DNA of 64,000 bases from Octopus sinensis (taxonomy: Eukaryota). The stretch lies in assembly GCF_006345805.1 (NCBI RefSeq), contig NC_043002.1, forward strand, positions 72,416,001 to 72,480,000. Direction: 5' to 3'. Each line of letters opens with the position of its first letter. Position 1 is the stretch's first letter. Shown here one piece after another: positions 26,063 through 40,414 of this stretch. The position numbers were made by a program, and so were the translations under genes. Under the pieces are notes generated by a model. It had not been told where the DNA came from. It worked only from the letters and a program-made list of their open reading frames with translations, and searched no databases.

Positions 26063-27276
26063 CATAATAATAATAATAATAAAAAACAGCAACAACAAAC
26101 TGCCGCGAGTTTCCGAAATCGTTAGAGCGTTGGACAAAATAGCTGCAATATTTAGTTACAACATTCCGCCGAGGTCGACTTTGCCTTTCATCCTTTCGGG
26201 GGTCGATAGACTAAGTACCAATTGCGATCTAATCGACTGGCCCCCTTCCCAAAAATTTCGGGCCTTGTGCCTAGAGTAGAAAAGGATATTTAGATACAAC
26301 TTTTTACATTGCGAAGTCAAATCCCGCCGAGGCCTTTGCCTTAAATTTCTACTGAGAAAAAGAATAACAACTAAATACTGGTGTCAGTTTGATATTAGTA
26401 CAAAACATCTCAGACGTGAATGGAAGTATAATGGGTTATTTAAGACCAACAACAATAACTATTAAAAAAAAGAAACGTCACTAGTTTCTCCATTGTTCCC
26501 ATCGAATAAACACGATGAGTGCTAGAGCAAAACATAAAATACTACACTTTACTCATAAAAAAAACCCTTTAAATAGTATTAAACTGGACTTATGTTACGT
26601 TCTTTCACCCTTTAAAGTATGAAAGGGCTTCTCACAAACAGGGAGAGAAAAAGAAGTCCTAAGGGGAGATCTGCAAACAATAGAATTTTTTTCATTCCTT
26701 TCTTTCTCTCTATTATCTTTCTTTCATCCCCCCCTTCTGTCTGTGTGTCACTCCCGTTTGTGATGACAGATAAACAGTCAGATTATCAGAGAGCTGAAAA
26801 CATCTTAGGAGCTCCCTTATACCATTAATCATGCTTGTAGTTAAAAACAAAACAAAGATGAAGAAGAAAAACTAAGGCATTGTTTGTAAATGATATTAAA
26901 ACGGAAATGATTAAAATGGACTCAAAACGCTGTACAGACGAGATAAAGGTAAAAGGGAACAGAAGTTGGGGAAAAGTACACGAGTGATTTTTATCGCTCA
27001 ACTTCCACTCATCCCTCCTTCACTCACTTTCTCACTCCTGCAAAAATGGTGTCAGACTCTCTGTTAGACATTTGATGAGAGTAGCTTTAAAATCGGTTGT
27101 TGATTCCTTACCAAACATTGCATGCCACAGTCGGGACGGTCTGCTGCGAAGACGTTAGGTTTTTCTGCTGTGACTCATGTTCACGACACAGATTTTTATT
27201 CATCCATCCATCCATCTCTCTCTCTCTCTCTCTCTCTCCCCTCTCTCTCTCTCCCCATCTCTCACACACACCTACA

Positions 27277-27336
<60 letters not shown>

Positions 27337-27356
27337 CGCTCCGTCTATCTCGCTCG

Positions 27357-27415
<59 letters not shown>

Positions 27416-27452
27416 TCTCGCTCCGTATTTCTCGCTCGTTCTCTCTCTCTCT

Positions 27453-27491
<39 letters not shown>

Positions 27492-28145
27492 ACATACCTA
27501 TCTACATAGGTAAATATAGGGAGCTAAAGTAATAGGGGGAGCGGGAAGAAACAGGAAAACAGGCAGGAGGTAGGGGAGGCGGTTATAAAAGAAAACAAAA
27601 ACAAAAACATAAGGACAAAAGAAAACAGGATGAGATAAATTGATGAAGAATGAGATCATACTTTATACATACGTACCTAAATGCATACCTACCTACAGAA
27701 GACATTATTCGTATCTTTACACGCAAAAACGCACACACACACACACACTCATACATATGTACAAACATACATACATACACACACACACGTACACACACAC
27801 ACACATATATCTTGTAGGATCGATCTTGTATTTTTATTTTTATTTTTATTTTCATTCACCGGTTTTATTTATTATTGTTTTAATTTCTTTATTTCTTTTC
27901 TTCGTTATTAATCCCTTATATCATTCATTCATTCGCTCACCCCACCCCCATCCTTCCCCTTGCATTACATTCCTGTTGGGACCTCACGCGCGTCTCCCCC
28001 ACCGCCGCCGCCGCCACCACCACCACCACCGCCATTCCCGGTCGTATCTGCTGCAGCGAACATAACTCGGTCAGCGCTAACATTGACAACAATCCCGAGA
28101 ACCTACCACACAAGACGCGCATGCACACACAATATTACACGCACG

Positions 28146-28214
<69 letters not shown>

Positions 28215-28673
28215 ATACACATGCACACGGGAGCATAAAGACGTATGCATACACATGCACGTATCAACATGCAGATGTACGCATGCACATACTTACACGC
28301 ATGCACGCATACACACTCACACAAGCACACGCGCGAACATAAAGACGTACGCATGCACATGCACACATCAACGTGCAGATGTACGCATGCACATACTTAC
28401 ACGCACACGTGCACACGCAGACAGACATAAACATGCACGCGCGAGCACACAGGCGTGCGCATACAGCACACACATACACGCACACGCACACATGCACATA
28501 AAGACGTGCACTTACACACACAAACGCATGTGTATATGTGCTTGTCTGCGCACCATACAGACACACGAGCATGCATACACACACACACATAAACATAATT
28601 ATATGTATGCACACACAGACATACGCAACCACGTGCTCTCATAGACATGTATGTATGTATATATGTATGTATG

Positions 28674-28707
<34 letters not shown>

Positions 28708-29223
28708 TGTATGTATGTATGTATGTATGTATGTATGTATGTATGTGTCTACACACGGGCGTGCATACACACATACGCATAAATGTAGTCATGCACGCAC
28801 AGGTATACCCATAAACATACACACATGCACATACAGTTATGCATCTACACACACACAGACATACTCAGACAGCGCGTTCAAGCACATGCACACACGCACA
28901 CACACGCACACACACACGGATGTACTCAGTGCATACGTGCACTATCATGCGCACACGCATACGCATACACATACACAGACGTACGCAGACAACGCATACA
29001 AGCACAAACATGAGCGCAGACATACACATGTTCATACGGACGTGCATACGTAGACTTACTGATACACGCGAACATTGCATAAAGTAGTCCCAAAATACGT
29101 TGTCTCAATATCATGCAGGATGTTCATGGCTGGAATACCTTTTGAACATTGGTCTGACCAGGACTAACCTAGTACTAACCAACAACTACCACCCCCACCA
29201 CCACCACCACTACTACTACTACC

Positions 29224-29291
<68 letters not shown>

Positions 29292-29849
29292 AGAGTTATT
29301 AGAACAATTAGAGAAAATACAACGGACCTATCTTGTCATACATTACACTGCATACGACGAATAACTACATTTATTGCATGATTCCCAGTTAGGAGGAGGT
29401 GAGGAATTTGTGGCTCCGTGGATCGAATCTAGTCGTATGATGGGTATTCCTCGATCAGGTCTGGGCTGGGGTTACCTAACTCATAAATCGGGCGATTGCG
29501 ACTTAGAGGTTTCCAACATTCGCTTTAAATTTTGGCACAAGGCAAGTGTAATTTGTGGAGTGGATGGTTGAGTCGACTACATTGATCCCTAGTGTCTAAC
29601 TGGTACTTATTTTGTTAACCCGAGAAGGATAAAAGTCAAAGCCAGCCCTCGATAGAATTTGAAGAGGTTTCCAACATTACGATCAACTATATAACGGATA
29701 GCTTCAGAATTTAGGTTTAAATGAATTTTATATATATATGTATATTGTTGTGTCTGGGGAGAGTCATTCTTTTTTAGTGCCTTATTATTTAACACACCCA
29801 GCGGTTCAGTTTTATTATCCATTTGTAAAGCACATCTTTTCCGCTCCTC

Positions 29850-30190
29850 CTATCTTTCACAGAAATGCACTTCTATGTAACGCAAAGAGCTAACATAGAG
29901 TACCGTGGCATCTGTTATCACCCTCTGCGTGTTGGACAATTCGCTCGATAGATGTTCTACATTAGGAATGCACAGAGGAAAGTTCTGGGCGTCGACGAAA
30001 TTACACTGCTTGGCCTTTCGTGATGGGGACTATGTAAAATTTCTGAAATGGCAGTACTATCGAGGAGCATAACGGTTCGAGTTAAACTTTACCGGCACGA
30101 TAGTGCCATCTGACTGCTTTGTCAGATGCCAACTTGGTGTCGAAACCGCTCAACTCTCGTTCAGAATCAAGACATCATTGTCACGTGTAG
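29850..30190 (+). pseudogene. Decayed L1/Tx1 ORF2 zinc-finger region
   Basis: WQYYRGA...VRVKLYRHD...VRCQLGVETAQ across frameshifts, like the 'W...RGALPVRDKLYRH...C.RC...ET..H' motif. Confidence 0.4.
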
Positions 30191-31508
30191 GATGGATTCG
30201 GCTATTTACCAAGTTCATGGTGGAGATCATTCCACTATCTTGAACTTCACTGGTGTTTTATTGTATCAATCCTGGAAAAATTCTGAAAGCCAAAAGCTGA
30301 CCACAAAGGTACTGTCACAGCAGAAAGGACTTTGATCAGAGGTCTGCTCGATCAGGGCTGAGACTAAACAATAACAGTAGAACTTTTGATCTATTGTTAA
30401 CTTTTGTTCTGGGTTAATTCCTTTCTTCTTCGTCTTTAAAAACCAAGTTAAAATGTTACAAAGTTTGATACCAACACAAAATAATAAAATTGTTCCTAAT
30501 TGAGGGGCAATGCCAGGAATTTTGAGGGAGAGGGATAATCGAATACATCAACTTCAGCTCTTTACTGTCTCTTTATTTTATCAACCCCGAAAGGATAAAA
30601 TACCGGCGATATTTCAAATCAGATCGTAAAGAACCACAAGGCATTTTAAAAACATTTTTTACTCGGTGAGGAAAGTAGTGCTCGTTACTGATCCTCTATG
30701 ACTGACGAAGGGACTGGAGACTTCCTTGCTGTCTCGCATGTCGTGCGTATACTGGGAAAATCCTATTTATACCAACTTTAAGATGGTATTCTGAATACAG
30801 TAATCGGTTTTTTCTTTGCCTAAGTAGTTTATTATATTGAAGCTGTAGTTTATCACTGGGTTGGCGAGTGTATTAAACCAATTATCTTTTTTCTGGCATG
30901 AGTACAAGATTTAAGATTAAACTAACTCTTCCATTTTCTAATCTTCTCTTTTAGTTCTATATGACGAATCTTATCAGTTTTTATCTTGTCTGAGATATGA
31001 ATATTAGTTACATTTACTTTTCTCGACCGTTCAGGGTTCACATTGGACCGGAGACCAATTGTGCACTTCAATACGTGCATCAATGGCCACAGCTCTTGGC
31101 AGAATACGCGAAGTCAATAGCAGTTGAGAGACGGTTGGCGGTAATAGTTATGTGATGGGTTTGGATGGTCTACTTACTTCCGGTATGGCTACATCTTATG
31201 AAAACATACTTTACCAGCTTTCATTATCAGAGTGTTTAGAGGAAATTGTTATTTGAAAAGAGAGAAAAACTGACCTTTTGAATAGTCTTAAGAAATCAGT
31301 GTATATTTATGTCAGACTTAATTGCTTGGTTCTTGCTATTCATTTGTATCCACCGATAGTTGATCGGCCATATTGCATTCAAGGGGATGTCTCACCAAGC
31401 TCGTATAATTCAATTACATCGGCCCCAGTGTTCAACTGGTACTTATTTTACCGATTTCAGAAGGATGAAAGACAAAGTCGAACCCAGTGACATTCGAGTT
31501 CAAAACGT

Positions 31509-32201
31509 AACTAGAAAAGCACTCGGAGAGCGCAGACCTCCGCCAAGCAGCTCATTTCCACCCATATACACGCATGCTGAAAATCGCCCAATTTCCCAAA
31601 CCAACGCCGGCAAAAACATAACTTCTTTTGCGGAGTTAAAAATAAAATAAAACAGCTATATGATTTTAAAAAAAAAACATTTAAAAGCAGGAATCATCTG
31701 AAGCAGTTATAATACATCAATGACAACAGCAAGCTAGTTTCACAACGGCGGTGGAGGGAGCCAAGCCTGAGATTTTTGAGTCGATCCCAATAGTCAAGGC
31801 TTGTCATGTCATCCTCTGCAGACCTCCGCCAAGCAGCTCATTTTAAGATAGATACGCGAGTAAAATTACTAATAGAGAAACGAAAATAAACTTTGGAAAC
31901 AGCAACGCCACCATTGGTTAAGTGGAAACGATGAACGTGTTTTCAAGGGAGATAATCAAAGAACGTAACATTGTAATACTTCATGTAAAGTAAATATAAC
32001 AAATGAAAAATCCTTCAAGAATCCATAAAAATTCACGGATAACTACAAACATTTCATCATCTGTTCCTTGCATCATTACCAACTTTTCCTGCAAGTTTCA
32101 TTAAATGCCATTCACAACTTTTTGAGTCATTTTGCACACAAACGGACAGACGGACAAACCAACGCCGAGGAAAACGTAACCTCCTTCCTTGGCGGAGGTA
32201 A
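31509..32201 (-). mobile_element. Helentron-associated interspersed element(s) (HINE) inserted in a family B SINE
   Basis: Sub-terminal inverted motif acctccgccaag/cttggcggaggt; end cttggcggaggtctgcgctctccgagtgcttttctagtt; internal ctgtccgt repeats; splits the SINE at cgtaa|agatggacgaaatg. Confidence 0.75.
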
Positions 32202-32998
32202 AGATGGACGAAATGCTGCTCAGCATTTTGTCCGACGCGCTAGAGATTCTATTACGCTCGCCATCTTAAACAAAATTATAAAGATAAATTACATAATCTA
32301 TAAATTTGTAGAATTGCAGCGTCGTTATTTTTCTCTGCACAAAGGCGTTCACCGCAAGTTCTTATGCACTTGCCATTTGTTGCGTTTGCTAAAAAGATTC
32401 TTTCACGCGTTGAAGAGTGTATCTTTTATGCCTAACGACGAGAATACAAAGAATACAGAGAATATAGACACAGAGAGTGGAAGAGAGAGAAAGAAAGAAA
32501 GAAAGAGAGCGTGAGAGAGAGAGAGAGGATAAATAGGAGAGAGAGATTGAGAGAGGGAGAGAGACGAAGTGTATCCGTAGTTATTATCGTAGAAATTATT
32601 GCATGACCTCAAATCCAACAAATATTGTAGTAAACACAATGTTAAATCTTGTTATGGAAACTCTGAAGGTTATTTCTCCAATGAAATAAAATAAAATTAA
32701 AAAAATGTAATAAGAAAGAAACAAGAAAATAACGAAGGAGTGAGTGCTTTGGTGAAGGATCAATAGAGAAGTATTTAATAACACTTCCTATCAACAGTTT
32801 TCGAAAGAAACGTCTTGGAAAATGAATATGTTATCTGAACCATTCAGGTATTCACTCATTCGTTCGTTCGTTCAGTTTCAGGATGTGTTTGCTGTATATA
32901 TTGGTGTGCGCAGACACATGCACACAAAGACTGATACATACATACACACATACATAAATTCATACATACATACATACATACATACATACATACATACA

Positions 32999-33031
<33 letters not shown>

Positions 33032-33266
33032 GTGTGTGTGTGTATACATATACGTAGATACACCACATACACATGTACAAGTGTGTGTATGAATACATGC
33101 ATAAATATATACGTGTATGCACATGTATATATCTTTGTATGCATATATATGTATGCATGCATATACATGTACGTGTGTGTATATATATATATAGGTAGAT
33201 AGATAGATATACATACCCATATATAGAGATTTATATTATTTCTCTCTCTCTCTCTCTCTCTCTCTC

Positions 33267-33361
<95 letters not shown>

Positions 33362-33579
33362 TAAATGTGTGCGCTCTCGTGTCTGTGAGTGTGCATGTGT
33401 GTGCGTGAATAGTGTGTGAGACCAATCTATTTTGAGTCATTCTGCAGCTCTCGACTTTAAGTCTTAAATGTAACAGACTAATCTTCTGAAGAAAAGAGGA
33501 AACTTGAGACTGTTCTTAAAAGATCAAATATAATTTAAATATCAAATGTTCTACTTTACACTTTAACGGTAAATAAGGA

Positions 33580-33647
<68 letters not shown>

Positions 33648-33740
33648 GTAGAAGGTTGAAAAGGAACACACGAGTTGATATATATATGATGGAAAGAAAA
33701 GTCAAGGTAGTAAATGCTAAAATAATTTTATAAAAAACAT

Positions 33741-33780
33741 TTCAGTACCGGTTTCAGTCATTGAGACTTCTTCAACTGTA
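33741..33780 (-). ncRNA. Minimal hammerhead-like motif (C3U variant) in a TA-flanked element
   Basis: tacag-TTGAAGA-AGTC-tcaat-GACT-GAAA-CCGG-TA-ctgaa: stem II 4 bp, palindromic stem III, GUA triplet. Confidence 0.55.
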
Positions 33781-33939
33781 AGCATGGAAACCAATTAAAT
33801 TTTGGTAAAATTAAAAGAAAAGTTTTTTTTTTAAAGAATACTTGAATAGTATTCAATTACAAAGGGCATTTTCCTTGTTTCTGCCTGTCTCTGTCTTTCT
33901 TGTTTACTCTTGTGGGTTCGAGGTTATAAATTTTTTTTT

Positions 33940-34124
33940 CATTAATCAGTCATTTGACTGCAGCCATGCTGGAGCACTGCTTTTAGTCGAACAAATCGAC
34001 CCTAGGACTTATTCTCTGTAAGCCTAGTACTTGTTCTATCGGTTACTTTTGCCGAACCGCTAAGTTACGGGAACGTAAGCAAGCCAGCATTGGTTGTCAA
34101 ACGATGGTGGACAACAGAGACACA

Positions 34125-34211
<87 letters not shown>

Positions 34212-34220
34212 CGGACTTCT
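33940..34220 (-). mobile_element. SINE family A, 3' half
   Basis: Reverse complement of the consensus 3' region and microsatellite. Confidence 0.8.
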
Positions 34221-34285
34221 TTAATGCGAAGCTCATTGTGACCAGCGATGTGTAGCAACATCTGATAGCTTGGTCGTCACGGTAA

Positions 34286-34346
<61 letters not shown>

Positions 34347-34639
34347 TGTATGTATGTATGTATATATACATATACATATATATATATATACATATATAAA
34401 CAAGTGAGTTAAGTGCACTGCTAACATAGTAGTACAAGGTATTGATTTATTAAAATATTTATTATTGCTTGTAGCATATCATGGTTGTTGTATAACGAAA
34501 TACCGTGTGCTTACAAATCATTAATATATATATATATGAACTTATCACACATTCTCTTACATTGCTTTTTCATAATTAAGAATCAAATGTATGTGTGTGT
34601 TTGTGTGTGTGTGTGTAAGTATGTATGGGATCAAGTCGA

Positions 34640-34838
34640 AGCCAAAGGAATGACTTGAGCGCTCGAGATGATACCTCTCTAGAGAGTGTTGGGTTTCATC
34701 GTCAAGCGTGATAACCCTAGTTCTTCTGTACTTGCCTGACCTGTTGATAGCTTGTAATAGTTTCTCAAGAATAAAATATGCCCTCCGAATGCGAAGGAGT
34801 ATTCCTCGGAGGGTTGTATCAAAAGGCTTTTTGAAATC
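34640..34838 (-). pseudogene. RTE-clade RT fragment
   Basis: DFKKPFDTTLRGILLRIRRAYFILEKLLQAI...RTRVITLDDET matches the RTE 'DFKKAFD...LRAYGIPEKL...ARV.TPDGET' motif. Confidence 0.65.
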
Positions 34839-35624
34839 GTTGCATGCATGCATACATACATACATACATAGATACATACATACATATATATATACATACA
34901 TACATACATGCATACATACATACATACATACATACATACATGACGGCTGACCACTCGTGACCGAGGAAGACCATTGCTGACCTTCAGGAACATTGTGCGC
35001 TCTAGGACTAACTTATATTTTGCATTTGCGGCTCCGTTGGTGGCTAATGAGCCCTGCTCTTGACAAGCAAACACGACTGTAAACATTGCAAACCAAGTTT
35101 TCCCTATTCATTACACCAGCAGTGTGCGTTCGAACAGCCGCTTAAGTTGTTCATACTAAATAAGTGCTCCCTCAAAAGTGTAAATATATTTAGGAAAAAA
35201 AAAAAGAAAAAAGACACATATCGAGCAGAGGTCAGCAATGCCTGTACAGAGTTTTATACCTAATAAGGCTTGCAGGACACCTGATAGACCCTCTCCACTT
35301 TATTGACACTATCCAGAGACAAGCCAGAGCAAGATGTCTGGTGCCAATATGAGTCGCAGGCTCAGGGATGTGGGAGCGCCATGATCTCTAGCACAAACCA
35401 AAGATCCCCAAAATGTCCAGTGCCATTCCCTGCATATCTGGTTTTATATAAGAGTGACCTTCTCCTGGAGACATGCTTCAACAGAAGTTGAGGGGTGCCT
35501 CACTCCCAGTAGTCTTTCAGCTCGCCGGACACCATCCCGGAATTTCTACATACCCGTACTATTGCTAGATAGCTGTTGAGCCTGCACTAGATTCATCCGA
35601 CCTTTTAAAAAAAATATACATGCA

Positions 35625-35657
<33 letters not shown>

Positions 35658-35822
35658 CTTTTCTACTTTAGACACAAGGCCTGAAATTTTGGTAGATGAG
35701 TGCTTGGCGATTACGTCGGCCCCGAAAGGATGGAAAGCAAACTCGATTTCGGTGCAACGTAAAGGCGGACGAAATGCTGCTAAGGATTTTGTCCGGCGTG
35801 TTAATGACTCTGCCAGCTCGCC

Positions 35823-35864
<42 letters not shown>

Positions 35865-35997
35865 ATATATATATATATATATACGCACATACCTACGTGT
35901 GTGTGTATACAAATGTATGTATATATGCATGCATATGTTAGACAGTCAAATACACACACACACACCACACCACACACACGCACACGCACATATATAT

Positions 35998-36455
35998 ATG
36001 ATTAATCCAAAATAAAAGAAGAAAAACACAAGAAAAAAACAATAACGCGAGCCGTGGTACATGCAAAATATTGAAAGACGCTCAGAGAAGGAAAGCTCTT
36101 CTTCAGAAACAGAAGACAGAAGAAAGTCCAAGATAAAAGGAAGACGGAGGACAGAATCGCCGACAATCCACGTGTAGTTACATTTTGGAAATGTACACAA
36201 CACACACATACACACACAACACACACACACACACGCACACGCACATATATATATGATTAATCCAAAATAAAAGAAGAAAAACACAAGAAAAAAACAATAA
36301 CGCGAGGACGTGGTACATGCAAAATATTGAAAGACGCTCAGAGAAGGAAAGCTCTTCTTCAGAAACAGAAGACAGAAGAAAGTCCAAGATAAAAGGAAGA
36401 CGGAGGACAGAAATCGCCGACAATCCACGTGTAGTTACATTTTGGAAATGTACAC
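35998..36455 (-). mobile_element. Two tandem copies of an approx. 200-bp pLTR-like element
   Basis: 35998-36198 is nearly identical to 36253-36455; homologous to 53968-54175; retains gtttCTGAAGAAGAGC but lacks the GCTC-GAAAC half. Confidence 0.7.
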
Positions 36456-36464
36456 ACACACATA

Positions 36465-36502
<38 letters not shown>

Positions 36503-37220
36503 GTACACACACGGAAACACAAACATGTATGTCTACATGCTCATGTTAATATATAAATTTTCTATATAAAAAGAATTAAATAAAGTAGCAGTGCCCTTAA
36601 TATATTTGAACTCCGCTCCAAAAACTTTGTATTCGGTTTTAGTTTTCAAATCCATCGAGCATCGACTTTGTCTTGTTTTTCCCTCGGGTCGAGTCGATAA
36701 AATAAATTACAAGAATTCAAAACGAAATACGGTTCTAGTGCACTCCACAGACATGAATATAAAGCTGGCTCAGTTCCAAATCAGAAAAAGGTATTATCTA
36801 CGTCTCTTCAATTACATAAAAAGAACTATTTCGATAAACAACCTCGAAAAGGATTGCGTATCCGCTAAATATATTATATGTTGACCTTATTTACATATAT
36901 ATTTATTATTATTTTTTTCTCGGTAGTAGAGTATTTTTTCTCAGACGTGGCTGTGTGGTTAGATGTTTGCTTTCTGAGCACATGGTTCTAGTTTCAGTCC
37001 TACTGCGTAACAGCTAGGGCAAGTGTCTTCTACTATAGTCTCTGGTCGACGAAAGCCTTGTAAGTGAATCTGAAAGAAGCCCGACATATATATATAATTT
37101 TTTTTCCAATAATAATAATAATGTATATGACTTGAGATGTTTGCCTTGCCGTAACGTCTGTTGTCCTCTTTAACAATTCTATATCCGCTGCTCAGAAATC
37201 TGCAATGGCTCCATAACTAC

Positions 37221-37643
37221 CTATTTCTTTACATACCACCCACAGGGGCTAACACAGAGGGGACAAACAAGGACAGACAAACAGATTAAGTCGATTATAT
37301 CGACCCCAGTTCGTAACTGGTACTTAATTTATCGACCCCGAAGGATGAAGGCAAAGTCGACCTCGGCGGAATTTGAACTCAAACGTAACGGCAGACGAAA
37401 TGCCCATTTCTTTACTACCCACAAGGGGCTACACACAGAGGGGACAAACAAGGACAGACACCTATTAATTCGATTACATCGACCCCAGTGCGTAACTGGT
37501 ACTTATTTAAAATCGACTCCGAAAGGATGAAAGGCAAAGTCGACCTCGGCAGAATTTGAACTCAGAACGTAACGGCAGAGACGAAATTCCGGTAAGCATT
37601 TCATTTTCACCCGGCGTGCTAACGTTTCTGCCAGCTCGCCGCC
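37221..37643 (-). mobile_element. SINE family B dimer with TSD
   Basis: Head plus two bodies; TSD ggctccataactac on both sides. Confidence 0.88.
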
Positions 37644-38416
37644 TGGCTCCATAACTACTCCTTAACAACGGCCTCGGCTACAACCTTGGAGTCGTAGTAA
37701 TCCGCTACAGCACTTACCTAGCGTACATAATCGTTTCGATCACTTGTGAACTAAACCCCTATACATTATGTGTGTGTATGTATACATATGTGTGTGTATA
37801 TATAGGTGTGCGTGTGTGTGTACATACGTACGTACATACATACATATGTACGTGTGAGTGTGTGCCCATCCACCGCTTGACAACCGGTGTTGGTGTGTTT
37901 ACGTCTCCGTAGCCTAGTGTTTCAGCTACAGAGACCGATAGATTACGTCCCAGGTTTTCAAAAAGAAAAAAAAAGTACTGGGTTTGATTCGTTCGATTAA
38001 GATTCTTCAAGGCGGTGCCCCAGCATGGCCGCAATCCCATGACTGAACCAAGTAAAATTTACAAGATAAAAGTAGGAAGTAAGAAAATGCAACCGATCGA
38101 TCGTCTTGAGTACGAAAAACCAGAGAAATAAGTAAATGTTCCTATTCAAAGGAACGAAAAGAATGGTCTGAAATGGTAAAGAAAAACAGAATGGTATTAA
38201 GGAAATTTAATCATACGCAGCTCAATTTATCGTTTTATTTTGAGTTTAGATTTTTCTGGCAGCAATGGTAGCCATGCTCATTAGCAATCGATGAAGCTTT
38301 ACAGAAAATTTTTTCCAACTGGGAGCTAAGACACATGCAGTGTGATCTGAGATGTTTCCATGCTTCTGTATGCTAAGCTACGTGACTCTGTGTTTTGGAA
38401 TGCATTTATTTCGTTA

Positions 38417-38785
38417 CTAGCAGTATCGCCCGGCGTTGCTCGGATTTGTTTTGACCCTTTAGAATTGGAATTTTTGAAAAGTAAAAATTTTGCATTAAGT
38501 GAACATTTTTCTGGTTGAATTACTCCGAAAGATGGCGACACAGCAGTCAAAGAAACGTAAAAAATAGGGATTTTCATAGAAAAAATGCACCTTTTTGATG
38601 TAAATAATTTTTGGTGTTAACATGGTCCGATTTGAATTTTTTCTTCAACAGAAGGAAGAGCAAGCCTTCTTCTATCATACTCTCGAGTTTGGTCAACTTG
38701 CACCGCCGGGTCTCGGAGGAGATAGTGTTAGTTAAAGGTTACCAAACCTGCCATACACAGACAACTTCAGCTTTAAATAGAGAGA
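38417..38785 (-). mobile_element. Non-autonomous Helitron
   Basis: 5' TC(TCTCTATTTAAAG); 3' ccgagcaacgccggg hairpin then CTAG; A|T insertion site. Confidence 0.85.
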
Positions 38786-39610
38786 TTTGCTGTTTCAGCT
38801 ATTTATTTACAAAGTAGTTTGGGGAGGTATGTTTTTTACTTTTTGTTAAAGAAAACAAATTTAAGGACACAAATTAAACAACATAATAGGCATCTTTTAT
38901 CATTTACTTGTTTCATGCAGCCATGCTGGAGAACCACCTTGAAAAGTTGTGTCGAACAAATCGCCTCCACCCCCGTTCTTATATTTTAAAGTCTGATACA
39001 TATTCTGTCGGTCTTTTTTGCCGAACTGCTAAGTTACGTGGACGTAAACGAATCAGCGATGTTGGACTCACGCACTCACACGCCCCCCCCCCACACACAC
39101 ACACGCACAAACACACACACACAAACACACACACACTCACATACATATATACAGTTGGCAAGCTTTCTCGCAGTTTCCGTCAATCAAATTTACTCTCAAG
39201 ACATTGGTCGGCCCGAAAATGACTTGTCTAAAGTATTGCGCACTGAGATTGAACTCGAAATCACGTTTTGCAAAACATGTTTCTTAACCCCGAAAGAATG
39301 AAAAGCAAAGTTGACCTCGGCGGAATTTGAACTCAGAATGTAAAAACAGACAAAATATCGGTAAGCATTTCGCCCGGCGTGCTAACGTTTCTTATTTCTT
39401 TACTGCCCACAAGGGGCTAAATACAGAGAGGACAAACAAGGACAGACAAACGGATTAAGTCGATTATATCGACCCCAATGCGTAACTGGTACTTATTTAA
39501 TCGACCCCGAAGGATGAAAGTTAAAGTCGACCTCGGTGGAATTTGAACTCAGAACGTAACGGCAGACGAAATACCGCTAAGCATCTCGCCCGGCATGCTA
39601 ACGTTTCTGC

Positions 39611-39710
39611 NNNNNNNNNNNNNNNNNNNNNNNNNNNNNNNNNNNNNNNNNNNNNNNNNNNNNNNNNNNNNNNNNNNNNNNNNNNNNNNNNNNNNNNNNN
39701 NNNNNNNNNN
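39611..39710. other. Assembly gap (100 N)
   Basis: Run of n, flanked by family B SINEs in opposite orientations. Confidence 1.
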
Positions 39711-40343
39711 AGCGTTATTTCGTCTGTTTATACGTTCTGAGTTCAAATTCCGCGAAGTCGACTTTACCTTGCATGTTTTCGGGGTCAATAAATTCAGTAC
39801 CAGTTGCGTACTGGTGTCGATGTAATCGACTTCCCCCTCCCCCTGGATGATGTATGCTGTAAGGCTCGAAACACCCAGTAACTCCAGGTTCTTTTCTACT
39901 CTAAGCACCGGGCGCAAAAATTTTGTCCATGTGGCACTCTACAGACTTCATCGATTACCTAGTTTCAATCAGAACCACCCAGATCATTAGTACGCAATCC
40001 GTTTTTGCCAATGAACCTACTTTTGTATTTTTGTAATTAAATGTTATTACTCTCTTTTACTCTCTTTTACTTGTTTCAATCATTTGACTGCGGCCATGCT
40101 GGAGCACCGAATTTAGTCGAGCAAATCAAACCCGGAACTTATTCTTTGTAAGTACTTATTGTATCGGTCTCTTTTGTCGAACCGCTAAGTTACCCCCAAG
40201 AGTCATAAAAACCCCTGTTGAGAACCAATGATCAAAACAACAATAACAACAACAATAATAATAATAATAATAACAACAACAACAACAACAATAACAACAA
40301 CCATAACAACAACAATAATAATAACAATAATAATAATAATAAC

Positions 40344-40414
<71 letters not shown>

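Noticed and set aside
30700-30730. CTGACGA followed by an AAGG/CCTT hairpin
   Set aside because: No GAAA or stem III follows, so a hammerhead cannot be called.
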